Both the position numbers and the translations under genes were made by a program. From NCBI GenBank assembly GCA_951406725.2, contig OX597837.1, forward strand, positions 868,001-932,000: a stretch of DNA of 64,000 bases, given 5' to 3'. The notes beneath the pieces were generated by a model. It was not told the origin of the DNA. It worked only from the letters and a program-made list of their open reading frames with translations, and searched no databases. The DNA comes from Octopus vulgaris (lineage: Eukaryota). This document shows, in pieces, positions 27,357 to 41,043 of the stretch (position 1 is its first letter; every line of letters begins with the position of its first letter).

Positions 27357-27358
<2 letters not shown>
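27104..27358 (+). mobile_element. Penelope-like mini-element with inverted 5' duplication, inserted in (TA)n
   Basis: 27104-27159 is the exact reverse complement of 27253-27308 (56 bp). (TA)n lies on both sides and a hammerhead motif lies between the arms. Confidence 0.7.
27175..27224 (+). ncRNA. Type I minimal hammerhead ribozyme motif with G3:C8 variant core
   Basis: Helix I TTTGTCA/TGACAAA; core GTGAACA plus G; helix II GTCGC/GCGAC; GAA; palindromic AATATT helix III; UUU cleavage triplet (after 27217); ATTAAA immediately downstream. Confidence 0.7.
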
Positions 27359-27402
<44 letters not shown>

Positions 27403-27815
27403 TAATCCAAACGGGAAAACAGAAAAAACAACAACACGTGGAACAATTACAGTATTATTATTATTAGGCGCTCAGGAAAATGGAAGAAGGAATATATATA
27501 TATACACACACACACACATATTTGTGGATGATGATTGTGTTTTCTATGCAATGCACAATATCGATATTATTCTGATACCTGGCCTTGTATTCCTTGCCGC
27601 AGCGCACCCTATCCTTAGGCGCCGGTGTCTGAAGGTTGCCACTAGAAGTGGCAACTATATTTACACCCTGAAATAAATATCCTTCAAAGACTCCGAATGT
27701 CAGGAACATATTTTTTCAAAAGCATTTTTTGCCACCAAAATTTTGTTCTGCTGCTTTAAAGCCGGAATCGAAAATACAAAAATACAAAAAAAAAAGAAAA
27801 AGTGCAAGTTTAGAT

Positions 27816-28385
27816 GGCGAGCGTGGCTTTGTGGTTAAGAAGCTTTATTTCCTAATCACGTAGTTTTGGGTTCACACCTACTGAATGGCACACCTGCAAG
27901 TGTCTTGTACAGTTGCGTTTTGCGTGGATTTAGCTGACGGAACCTGAAAGAAATCTCTCGTACATATAAGAACAGGGATTCGAAGAATCCAACGGAGCAC
28001 AGAGTAAACTCCCCGCTTGGCGTGTGGCTGTCGTGAGATCGAGGCGGCGATTTAGGCCAGGATGTTACCTGATATATTAAGAAATAACTGTCGACTTAGT
28101 CACTCTATTCTTTTATCTGGTTAACACACACACACACATATTGTATAAAAAAATGTATCTGTCTCTTCGTGTTTGCGCGTTGGATATTTCCACTGCGGTG
28201 TGACAACTGTCATTGGTTTGTTTCATCAGCGTAACTTAGCATCTCGATAAAAAAAAAAGAACGATATAGCAACTACCAGACTTTAAAAATCAAAGCTTGA
28301 GTCAATTTGTTTAGCTGAACCCTCTATGGTGGTGCTCCAGCATGGCCGCAGTCGAATAGCTGAAATAAGTAAAAGGAAAAGATAG
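27816..28385 (+). mobile_element. Diverged SINE family A copy with ~170-bp insertion at its microsatellite
   Basis: Head at 27816-27960, body and tail at 28160-28385 (GGTGGTGCTCCAGCATGGCCGCAGTC). Confidence 0.8.
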
Positions 28386-28623
28386 ATTCAAGATATGTGC
28401 GAAGTCTTGTCATGGCTAAATTCATATTCTCTCTGTCCGTCTGTCGATTTATCTGTCTATTTCTATCTGTCTGTCTCTCTCTCTCTGTCTTCTCCCTTCT
28501 CTATCTATTTCTCTTTCTTTATCTCTATCTATTCTCTCACTTTCTCTCTCTATCCACATGTGCGTACGTATATATAAATGTTTGTTTATATATTTCTATA
28601 TATATATATATATATGTGCGTGT

Positions 28624-28665
<42 letters not shown>

Positions 28666-29388
28666 AGATGAGTGTATGCGTGTATATATATGTATATATT
28701 TGAGTGTATGTATATATATATATATATATATATGACCCACCCAATTCCTTATAAAAGGTCGCTTGTGCTTTTATTCATTTTATTCGATCCAACAAGATCG
28801 TGGCTTGAGAAAGTATTGTCTGTGCTGAGAAAGCGTAAAGAAGGATAGAAACATTATCGTACATAGAAGTGTCTAGAAACATAAATCAATAAATGCGACA
28901 GAAGACAATGTATTCTTGTTTGTTTATGCGTAAGTGTATGCGTATATGTACATATATATCCAAATATACGTACATGTACACACGCCCATGTATGATCATG
29001 TGTGTATATCGGTATCTGTATGTATTTTTATATATGTGTATATGTTTATACATATATATATATATATAATGTGTGTCTGTATGTTATATCTACGTTTGTG
29101 TATGTATATAACTATGCGCAAATGTATATATGTACATCTGCATGAAAATGTATATAAAAAGAGTGTGTATAACAAAAGCAATCCTTTGTAATTGGTCTCG
29201 ACATTTTATGCATCCGAGGACATAAAACATCACCTGTATTTAGTTAAAGCACAACATAGAAGAAATACGATACACACACACACACACGTGTGTATACATT
29301 AAAATATATAGTCTTCAATTTCAGTGTATACGATCGTTGAAGAAGTTGGCTAATGTTGGATAGAGATGTACATGTATAAATTAGCGTG

Positions 29389-29423
<35 letters not shown>

Positions 29424-29509
29424 TGTATGTATGTATGTATGTATGAATGTATATATATATATATAAATACACACACGCACATTTCTCTATATATATCCTT
29501 ATATGTATG

Positions 29510-29553
<44 letters not shown>

Positions 29554-29597
29554 GATAAAACTTACTTAGAAGTGGATGCGTGCGTTTTATCATATAA

Positions 29598-30017
29598 TAA
29601 CAAAATAATAAATAAAACATTTGCATATATACATACATATATGTACGTACCTACATCTATATGTATATATACATGCATATATGAGTACAGGACACCAAAA
29701 AAGACGTCGAACACAATGAGAAACGAAAACATAAACACAAAACCAAGGAAATGGACATTTTTCTTAAACAACGAAAAAACAGAGTACAGCACATACAACA
29801 CAAGGAAAATTCCCCTTCTTCAGCCGCCTCTGTTTCAGGCCTTTACCTTCGTAACGCGGAGTAGATGAAACAGACGCGGCTGAAGAAGGGGAATGTTCGT
29901 TGTGTTCGACGTTTTTTTGGTTTCCTGTACCCATATATGCATGTATATATACATGTAGATGTAGGTACGTACATATATGTATGTATATATGCATATGTTT
30001 TATTTATTATTTTGTTA
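29598..30017. mobile_element. Large fold-back (inverted duplication) element, Penelope-like pLTR relic
   Basis: Outer arms 29598-29719 / 29897-30017; inner arms 29809-29837 / 29866-29894 (28 of 29 complementary). A single-orientation relative lies at ~52749-52997. Confidence 0.8.
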
Positions 30018-32255
30018 CATATATATATATATATATAATAGATAGATAGATACGTAGGTCTGTTTGATTGTGATAGGTTTGCAACTGTGTGAATGTATTT
30101 GTATTGTTTTTGCATTTGTATGCGCGCACGCGCGTGTGTATAGCTTCAGAATTGTGTGTGTAAATATGCATGTGTCTAGATGGATGTATGAACTGTGTGA
30201 TAGCCTGTCAATAAAATCTGATCACATTTATTGCATTCTGAAAAGTACCATTATTTTACATCATCAATTTACAGCATTGTGTGTAGCATCACACTATAAA
30301 TTTATATTATGCCATGTAGATACAAGTAACGTGTGTGTTCGCCACACATCTCTCTCTCTCTCTCTCTCTTCAGTTGCATACACCAAATGTGCTCGTGTGT
30401 GTGCGTGTGTATAGATATGTATGTATATCGTACTTTTCTTTGTAATTTCTATGTTCTTTCTTTTGTTTGACAAATGCACATTTGACTTAAGTTTTACCTC
30501 GCTCACTTGAGTCTTAGTCTGTAGTTTTAGTCATTCTTTTTCTAAACCACTGGAAAATATTCAATGTTCATTAGATACGTGTGTGTGTAGATGTGTATAG
30601 TTGCATGTATATGTATGTGTATAAATATGTTAATACAGACAAGGCCTATTTGTGTTTATATCATATACTTTCAAGTATGTGTGCATGTATATGTATCTCA
30701 ATGAGTGTATGAATGTGTGTGTGTTTATATATGTATGCATGCGCACGAAAAGTCACGTGTATATAAATATAAGGATGAGAGAAATAGATGTAAAATTAGA
30801 TAGAATAACGGGTTGGCGCTAGTGAAACATGGAGTTATCTGAATAAAAGCTCCCTCTATAACTCCATTCCATAGTTAGCTTTAACACCTCATGAAATAAC
30901 TTCAACATATGAAAAACTAGTGACACAAAAAGCATTGCAGCGAAAATTCAATTTCTAGTTTATAAAGCAGACGTTTGAAAAGAGCTCCCTGCTGTAGAAA
31001 GAAGTTGAAAGCCGTCGTTAAGTGGTATAACCTTCAGCATGGCTTTGTTTAAATGGAAAACAACAACGACAAAAACAACAACAGTAAAAAACACAGATAA
31101 TCTTTAGAGTAACTACAGCAACAAGAAGAAGAATAACATGCATTAATCAATGAATAAATAAATCGATATATCGATACATAGATGAGCATTAAAAACGAAT
31201 AAATAACGCGATTTTTTTTTTTTGTTTTGAAGTGCTGTAGTGGGGGAAGGTTTTGTAGAAGAAGACCAGGAGATGATAATGATGCTGCTTATGATGTCGG
31301 TGGTGGTGGTGATGACGATGAGGAGGTGAAGTAGGAGGATGAAAAGGATTAAAACTTCAGTGTTGAAGGCGATGTCTATGTTGAGGATTACGGTGGAGGT
31401 GAAGGACGCTAAGGTTATTTTGACGACGACGATGGTGATTATCAGGGTGGTGGTGGTGGTGGTGGTGGAGATGTTGCTTATGTTAACGATAGTGATGATT
31501 CTGAAGATGTTCATGATTGTAATGATGATGATAATGCTGGTGATGTTGGAGGCGGTGACGGGGATCACGGTCATAAAATGATGAGGATAAGCTTCCTGAT
31601 GATGAGCAGAGGATGATTTCGAGGCTGATGGTCATTATGGTGATAACTTTAATTTGATTATGATAATGAGGATGGCAACGACGATGACGATGACAGCCGT
31701 GAAAATGATGCGATGTCGTTGATGAAAAAGAATAAAGGCAAACGAGGATGAGGATGGGGAGTTAGTGATGAAAAGAAATATGATGGTGACGATGATAGTG
31801 GAGATGCGATAACATCGACCAGACTTTTGTACTCTCACTCACACATACCCCCTCCCCTCCCATTTCATTGTGTGTGTTTTTTCTTCTCATTCACACAGTA
31901 GGTCACTGTGAAAAGATCAATGAGATGTGATGTATTTGTCTCACCAACCACCCAGCAGGATATCCATTTTTTTCTTACACATACATGCATAAATGTATGC
32001 ACACACATATAATTAAGCCAGCCTCGTGTTCAGAGGCCAATTATGCTGAAGCTTAGAGCGGTTTCCATAATGTTTAAGCGAGTCTAAGGACAAGAACCTC
32101 CTGTCAAGGGGTTGCCATTGATTGGACTGGGCTAACATGAAGTGAAAACACTCGCCCATGGGTAGAAAGAAAAGCACCGGTCGGTAGGAGGATAAAGGCG
32201 GGCAACTTGAAACAGCCCCACAAACATACATTCTCTTATTTAATTGCGTGTGTAC

Positions 32256-32296
<41 letters not shown>

Positions 32297-32355
32297 GTAT
32301 ATACTTATATATATATATGTATATATATATATGTATATATATATGTATATATATG

Positions 32356-32411
<56 letters not shown>

Positions 32412-32735
32412 TGTATATATGTATGTATTTACAAATATACATATCTACGTGTGTGCACATCTACACACAGAGACACATTCAAGCATATACAAACGCGCTA
32501 ATGTATATATACACGCACATACCAACGTGTACACACATTAAAATATACCAGATGTTTTTTATTTGATATATTCTACAATTCATCCACCAATTTCGATTAG
32601 ATTATTTCCTAATACGATGCTATCGATCTGCTTCAATCATCGATATAGATCATATATTTTATAACCCTGTCTTTTGTTTCACTACCTGTTCCTCTATTAT
32701 TCATTGTTTTTTGCTTGGACCAATCTCGTTTGTTA

Positions 32736-32832
<97 letters not shown>

Positions 32833-33017
32833 TCTTTCGCTCTTTCCCTTCTATATCTGTCTCTCTGTCCGTCTGACTGTTTTCATTCCTGGCTTAGTCT
32901 CTCCCTCTGCTTGTCTATATGTATGCGCCCGTCTTTCTATATGTCCTCAGTGTACGATGCTCATTGTCTGTGGCCTGGTATATAGCTGATAGATTTAATA
33001 CAAAAAGAAAAAAATGC

Positions 33018-33266
33018 ATCCTACTTGCTCGGCCCTTAGAGCTCGTAGGGCCTGTTATCCGGTCCCCTTCGCGTATTAGCGTCCGAGATTTCGACCATTC
33101 CTATGGATGTGCCGCCAGTTTGGCACAGGGTAATTCATTGACAGCTGAGGGAATTTGAACAACGTGAAATGAAGTGTTTTGCCCCAGAACACAGCGTACG
33201 CTTGGACTGGGGATCGAAAGTACGGCGTTACGATTCTGAGTGCAACGCTACAGCCACCAGGCCACC
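33018..33266 (-). mobile_element. tRNA-derived SINE, family D (CORE-like central part)
   Basis: Minus-strand head GTGGCCTGGTGGCTGTAGCGTTGCACTC...TTCGATCCCC, followed by TGTGTTCTGGGGCAAAACACTTCATTTCACGTTG. Relatives lie at ~745-830 and ~53265-53500. Confidence 0.65.
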
Positions 33267-33394
33267 AACGTTCATAGACGCAGATGAATGTATGTTTACA
33301 TCTGTGTATACACATACCCGTGTACATGTTTTTGAGGATGTAAAATGTAAATTATTTAAAGCATAAGTGAATGCTGCATACATAGGTCTTTCGA

Positions 33395-33777
33395 TTTTTA
33401 CTTGTTCTAGCCACTAGACTGCGGTCATACTGGGGCACTAGCTTGAAAAGAATGTTAGTTGAACGAATCGAGCCCGGTACTTATTTAAAGTTTGGTACTT
33501 AATTTATCGATCTCTTTTTGCGTATCCTTAAGTTATGGAGACGTAAACAAACCAACACCGATTGCCAAGCGCTAGTGAGGGACAAACACGCACATACACA
33601 CCAATATACACGCATATGTGCAACAGGCTTCTTTCAGTTTCCGTCTATCAAATCTACTCAAAGCTTCGGTCGACCCTTGCCTATAGTAGAAGATTCTTGC
33701 CCGAGGTGCCAAGCAATAGGACTGAACCCGGGACTATGTGGTTCGGAAGCAAGCTTCTTACCACACAGACATGCCTG
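33395..33777 (-). mobile_element. SINE family A copy
   Basis: Reverse complement of family A. Confidence 0.88.
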
Positions 33778-34154
33778 CATATACATACATAAATGCATGT
33801 ATATATGTGCATTTGTATATATGTAAGTATATGTATATATATATATAAATATATATAAGTATATGTGTGTATATATAAGTATGTGTATATACTTGTAAGT
33901 ATATGTGTGTGTGTATATATATATAAGTATATATGTGTATATATTTAAGTATGTGTGTATATATATATATATATAAGTATATATGTGTATATATTTAAGT
34001 ATGTGTGTATATATATATATATATAAGTATATGTGTGTGTATATATATATAAGTATAAGTGTGTGTATATATATATGTAAGTATATATGTGTATATATAT
34101 ATGTGTGTGTGTGTGTATGTATGTTTATGTATTTACATTTTTTATTTTATTTTT

Positions 34155-36553
34155 AAAAATTTATTTTATCTAGTTTAAGCTCACGAGCTGTGGCCATGCT
34201 GGGGCACCGCCATTTGGTGTTGCTACATAATTTTACTTCACGAATGCTTTTTAGCAATTGCCATTTGGTGCGTGAGAGAGTTCGATGCAGCTGCCTTCAT
34301 ATGCACCTCCTGCCGTGAAGTTGGTTCATCTTGGACACCTGACAGGAAGAGATCCAGTTTTATTTTAAAGACATCTGCGTCCACCCCATGCAGGTCTCTC
34401 AGGTTCTTCGGGAGGATATTGAAGAGCTGTGGGCCTCTGAAGCCCAGGCTATCACAGTATCTTGTCCTACATCTTGATGGCAAATTTGGAGTCCTAGGCA
34501 CTATGCAGTGGCGCCCAGTTCTAGTATTTGTGTAACTCTCGATGCCAAAGTTTGGGACAAGTCCTTCCAGGATCTTCCAGATGTACATTATGACATATCT
34601 TTCTCGCCTACGCTCTAAGGAATAGAGTCTTAATCTCTTGAGTCTTTCCCAGTAGCTTATATGCTGCACAGAGGCTATCTTCTTCATGTAGCTTCGTTGG
34701 ATCGCCTCAAGTTCTGTGATTAACTTGACACTGGATGATGACCATAGCTGAGAGCAATAGTCAAAGTGGCTTAGGATAAGTATCCTCCAGAGGACCATCA
34801 TGGTTTCTTGTTCTCTTGTTCTAAAGGCTCTAAGAATCCATCCGGTCAGCCGCCTACATTTCATTGCCAATTTAGAAACATGCACATGAAAGGTTGCATC
34901 ATCACTCATGCAAATACCCCGGCCTCGCACTGATTGTGTCTCTGGGATTGCAATCCCTCCAGGTCCCGTGTATTTATTGGGTATTGCATTTAGTTTTGCA
35001 TGCTGATAGCATAAAGCTTGAAACTTTTCAGCATTGAACTGCATGCTATTCTTTTCAGCCCACTTTTATATTTTGTCCAGCTCACATTGCAGGTGCATAG
35101 TGTCTTCAGGGTTCTGTATTACATGTGAAACTTTTGTATCATCCGCATAACTTGTGATCGTGGCTCTCTGCGTGGCTGAGGGCATGTCTGAGAGGGCCAT
35201 TATGAACAGTAGTGGTCCCAAAACAGTGCCTTGCGGAACACTGCTCAATATTTGTGTGTTAATGGAGGTGGCCCCATTGGCTCCTACCACCCGACTTCTA
35301 TCCTTCAGAAAGTCATGAAGTCATTCTCTCAATTTTCCAAATATGCCAAGATCACGCAGTTTGTGACATATCATTCCATGATCGACTTTATCAAAGGCCT
35401 TTGCAAAGTCGAGATATATCACTTACACATTTGAGTGGTTGAGCAGTTGTTTCAGTACCCAGTCATAGTGTTGTAGGAGCTGAGTTAAGCAGCTTCTTCC
35501 TGTTCGGAAAACATGTTGGGTGTCAGGCAGCAAGTTATTTTCTTCAAGGAAAACGATTAGTTTCCTTCTGACTATTCGTTCCATGACCTTGCTGATGTGT
35601 GAGGTCAGAGAGATAGGTCTGTAGCTCTTGGTCTCCGCTCTGCTACCTCCTTTATGAATAGGGCATATTTTACCTTCCTTCAGTTTTCTTGGAAGTTTGC
35701 CAGTTGAAAGGAAGCTCTGAAAGAGGAACTGCAGTGGTCTTATTAGGACTCTCTTACATACTTTTAGAAGGATTGCTGGGAATCCATCGGGGCCAGTAGC
35801 TGAGTTTGGGTTCATTTCATCTATAGCCTTTATTACATCGTCTTCCTTTATATTGATGTAATCAATTATCGTTGCCTCTGATTTTATATCTGCAGTGGTA
35901 AAGAAGTCAGTTGGATTGCTGACTTTAAAATGTCTTAGGGGTGGAGTGAAAATACTTTTGGATTGCTCATTTAGTATTGCACTTATCCTCATTTGGATTT
36001 CTTGTGAGTGTACCATCTTTTTCAAGGAATGGCCCTATCCTACAGTGCACCGTAGCCGTTTCTTTGGCAAACTTGTAGAAAGCTCTGGGGTTAGATTTTA
36101 TGTTGTCTATAGCCCAGGCTTCTTTGTCTGCGCTTTCTTTTTCATGGGAGAGTTGCAGACATTTTTCAATTTCCAACAGTTTTATTTTCAGGCGAGACTT
36201 TTCATTGCTTGTAATTTGTTTGTTTAGGCGATTTGAAACTTTTGTACGCCGTCTCATAAGAATTTTACTCTCTCTGGGGATTTTTTTTCTCTCTGGGACA
36301 CATTTGTAGCACATGGCTTGCATTACAGACATGAATTGTTGAAGTTTCATGTCGATGTCTGGCGAGGAGAGACATTTAGGCTAGTTTTGTTTGAGGATCT
36401 CTTTCTCAATTTGTTTCCAGTTTGCCTTACGGAAGTTCAAGCTGGAAAGATTCTGAGAGTTTCTTGTAGACTGCATGTCCATGCTTTCTTTCGGTCCGTT
36501 CATGCTCAACTCTATTATGTTGTGATCCGAGAGTAGTGTCAGTGTCACATTCA

Positions 36554-36560
<7 letters not shown>
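34155..36560 (-). mobile_element. 5'-truncated CR1-clade LINE; ORF2 (end of AP endonuclease plus reverse transcriptase) broken by frameshifts and stops
   Basis: SDHNIIEL (APE end, ~36510-36530), YRPISLTSHISKVMERI, SVPQGTVLGPLLF, YADDTK and YWERLKRLRLYSLERRRERY in ORF pieces 35967-36350, 35423-36025, 35066-35290 and 34238-35044. The short 3' UTR has a stem-loop and an AT-rich tail. Confidence 0.95.
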
Positions 36561-37700
<1,140 letters not shown>

Positions 37701-37777
37701 ATAAGTTGGTCAGCATTTCTAAACTCATAGTTATTTCGATCTTGAAAGGATGGACTTGGTGCAAACATAACTGTATC

Positions 37778-37808
<31 letters not shown>

Positions 37809-38144
37809 ATTAATAGTAATTTTTATTAACTTTTATAGCTTTATAATTTTATGAACTGAACCATGGTTTTAATTATTATTTTTCATCTCCCTATGTGTTA
37901 GTTTTTTTTAAAAAACTATTAGCCAAATATGTATAATATCGGTGCTTATTAATATTAATATATACACTGATATATATTTTGTTTTATTTTGTTCTGTTTA
38001 CCTTCCATTATTGTACCAATGAGTATTATATTATATAAGTGTAGCATTATGATGTATAAGTTTTTATATTTTACATTTTTATATTTTTATATTTATATGT
38101 ATATGGTTAAATAATATTTTTCACAATTATAACAAATTTAATTT

Positions 38145-38260
38145 AATTCTCTGAAGAGGCCGTGGGGCATCCTTGTTAATGCCTCATTTATACCTGCCTT
38201 TATGGCTTATAGGTTAAATGAGGTATGACTGCCCTCACTACCGAAACAGCTGTCAGATTT
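38145..38260 (+). ncRNA. Type I hammerhead ribozyme motif with canonical core and long helix II (Penelope-like 3' region ~37702-38440)
   Basis: TCT-CTGAAGA-GG[~81-nt hairpin]CC-GAAA-CAGCTG-TC-AGA; GUC cleavage triplet at 38252-38254; palindromic ACAGCTGT helix III. Confidence 0.8.
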
Positions 38261-38516
38261 GATTTAATTACATATTATATTTGAAATTTTTTACTTATAT
38301 CTCTTTGTCTATTTACTCTTACTGTATATTTTGTATAATGCCTTTACTGATATGTAATGGTGTCTTAAAGTATTGATTGGGTATCATCTGATAGTTGATG
38401 TTTTATTGATTTAAGTATGTTTCTCCATTCTCTAATTTTGTATATATATAAGTATATATAAGTATATATATGTATAAGTATATATATGTATAAGTATATA
38501 TATATATATAAGTATA

Positions 38517-38904
38517 TCTCTCTATATATAAACGGCAGTTTGTCTGTGCGTGTTTCTGTGTGTCTGTTTTCTCGTACCCTCACCCTGACCACGGCTTTCA
38601 ACCGATTCTGATGAAACTTGACACACACATAGCCCAATGTCATAATTCAAAACTAACGCAGCGAAAATTTTGAAAAGTTAACCCCAGTTCTGAAAAAAAT
38701 CGATAAATTCGACATGGGGTCGAGAATCAAAAAAAACAAACCACAGACTGTCTAGGGGACGCAACTCAACCTTTTTTTACTCTCAAAAAAAAATTTACCA
38801 TAATTTTTTTTCCATTTTTTTGCTATTTTTTGGCTATAACTCTCTAAAAATGCTTTATAGTTATTTCCCTTACAAACCTGAGCAACGCCGGGCGATACTG
38901 CTAG
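38517..38904 (+). mobile_element. Non-autonomous Helitron, complete
   Basis: 5' TC(TCTCTATATATAAA), subterminal GC-rich hairpin CCTGAGCAACGCCGGG (38877-38892), 3' CTAG; inserted between A (38516) and T (38905) with no TSD. Confidence 0.9.
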
Positions 38905-39049
38905 TATATATATAAGTATATATATATATAAGTATAAGTATATATATGTATAAGTATATATATGTATAAGTATATATATATATAAGTATATATATATATA
39001 TGTGTGTGTGTTGTGTGTGTCTGTGTATGTATGAATGTATGCCTATATA

Positions 39050-39080
<31 letters not shown>

Positions 39081-39119
39081 TGTGTGTGTCTGTGTATGTA
39101 TGAATGTATGCCTATATAT

Positions 39120-39355
39120 CTGTGCACACCTTTGAATGCACAGTATGCTTGAAGGTTTGCAAATCTAATGGAGGCCTCAAAAGACATTTTAAGATCCACA
39201 AGGATCGGAACTTATTTGCAGCTCTTGGTGGTCCAAATCGGATATGCAACCTTTTCAGAACACTGGTTTTAAAAGCTACATCAGATGACATGGTGGTGCT
39301 AAGATGTAGGTACTGGAGGTGATGAAACTCTGCATAAGGCGTAGACAACCACCAT
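39120..39355 (+). mobile_element. 3' fragment of an RTE-like LINE carrying C2H2 zinc finger(s)
   Basis: FECTVCLKVCKSNGGLKRHFKIH (39131-39199) plus a second decayed finger (RICNL...). It is embedded between microsatellites with no splice context. Confidence 0.55.
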
Positions 39356-39403
39356 GTATATATATACTTAAATATGTGTATGTATGTATGTATGTATGTA
39401 TGT

Positions 39404-39790
39404 ATCTTGGAGGGCTTAACTCCCAATTTTGGGATTGACAGCTATTCCACTCCTTGAAATGGAACGCACTGCACCATGCCAAAGATCCCGTCTTCCCCAT
39501 GTAAAATTAAGACACAGCACTACACTAGCCTGGGTTTCAAGGGCCTGCAATTGTTCAACACCCTTCCAGGCAAACTTAGCGATCTACATGGTGTTGATGT
39601 GGAAGGTTTCAAGGAATATCTGGACAGGTTTCTCTCTGAACCCTCATCGCGGCAAGAGGCGCAAAGAAGAGCAGCTCCGTCCAACTCGCTTCTTCACCAA
39701 AAAACAATATCGGAAATAACACCGAGTAACAACAGGTGGTGCACCAGCTTGGCCTCAGACCTGGGTTGAAACCATTAAAAGATAAAAGAT
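39404..39790 (+). mobile_element. 3' fragment of a second CR1-clade LINE subfamily
   Basis: ILEGLTPNFGI...SLGFKGLQLFNTLPGKLSDLHGVDVEGFK is homologous to the C-terminus of ORF 34238-35044; tail GGTGGTGCACCAGCTTGGCCTCAGACCTGGGTTGAAAC followed by (TAAAAGA)n. Confidence 0.9.
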
Positions 39791-39792
39791 AG

Positions 39793-39856
<64 letters not shown>

Positions 39857-39920
39857 TATATTATATTATTCTTTATTTAATTGAACGCGACGCATCTATT
39901 TCTAAGTCAGTTTATATCTA

Positions 39921-39973
<53 letters not shown>

Positions 39974-40580
39974 TAAAATAACATTAAAAGACTTGAACAA
40001 CTCTTTGTATATCAGTGTTACTCCGCATCAAATAATATTAAGATGCAAATCTACGAAATCTTATATCGTTCCATTCCAAGAAATCTGGAACTGTTTAAAA
40101 ACCGCAGAATACTTTTAACAAGTGTAACAAGAAATGTTTAGGATATGATATATCATACTAAGTTGCTTATGTTTTTTTTCGTTAATTTTTTTTTGTCTAT
40201 ATTTGTTGTTCTTTGTTTGAAGAAATATCTACTCGAAATGAAATGTCAAAACTATTCGATTAGTTCCGCCTTGCTGATAATGGAGTCACTGATATTTTTC
40301 TGCATTTTTATCATCTGTTCTTTGTGACTTTATCTTCTTTAAAATATTCACAGCGGTTTATGTCAGCCATTTTGTTTCTTATGTATATATATATATCTGA
40401 AGCCATTCTTTATTTCTTCGGGTTTTGTTTTATCTTTTTATTCCTGGTTCCAGTCTATTTTGTCGACATTTTTTGAGAACTACAATTTTTACTTAGTCTT
40501 ATTTTTCGCTTATATGTTTTTGTCTATGTGCTTTAACATTTCCGTAAATCATGTTACAAATATCAGTATAAAATCAGTCA

Positions 40581-40617
<37 letters not shown>

Positions 40618-40618
40618 T

Positions 40619-41043
40619 GGAGAGCTGGCAGATTCGGTAGCATTCCGGACAAAGTGCTCAGCAACATTTCTTTCGTGTTTGCGGTTTGAGTTCAAATTCC
40701 GTTGTGGTCTAACTTGCCTTTCGTCTCTCTCAGGGTCGATAAAATGAAGTATTGTTTGAACACGAGAGTCAAAATAATTGCTTAACCTCTGCCTTAAAAC
40801 TGCTGGCCGTGAATCAAAATTTGAAATCATCATGTTCTCAAGGCAGCTAGGTTTACTAGAATCGTTAGCGCATCGGACAGCTCTTTATGTTTTGAGTTCA
40901 AACTCTGAATAGGTCACCTTTGCCTTTTATCCTTTTGTGGTCGACCGAACAAGTACAAGTTGAAGCTTAGGGTCGATGTAATGGGCCAAGCTCTTAACCC
41001 TGAAATTTCTGGCCTTGTGCCAAAATTTGAAACCATTATTATT
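40619..41043 (+). mobile_element. Two tandem family-B SINEs
   Basis: Copies at ~40619-40830 and 40842-41043, following an (ATT)n tract. Confidence 0.85.

Noticed and set aside
27635-27655. Perfect hairpin GTTGCCACT-AGA-AGTGGCAAC
   Set aside because: It is too short to assign; possibly collapsed transposon TIRs.
28820-28866. CTGTG-CTGAGAA...GAAAC..GTA-CATAG hammerhead-like layout
   Set aside because: G8 is lost and helix II does not pair; it may be a relic but is within chance expectation.
32080-32165. Possible HDV-like ribozyme (AGTCTAA/TTGGACT, ACC-TCCTGTC..GGT, GGGC/GCCC)
   Set aside because: L3 is too long, extra nucleotides lie between P3 and P1, and P2 and the catalytic C junction are not convincing.
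39104-39322. C2H2 zinc finger as a host gene exon
   Set aside because: There is no TGEKP linker or splice context, the second finger is frameshifted, and the flanks are microsatellites; a LINE C-terminus explains it better.
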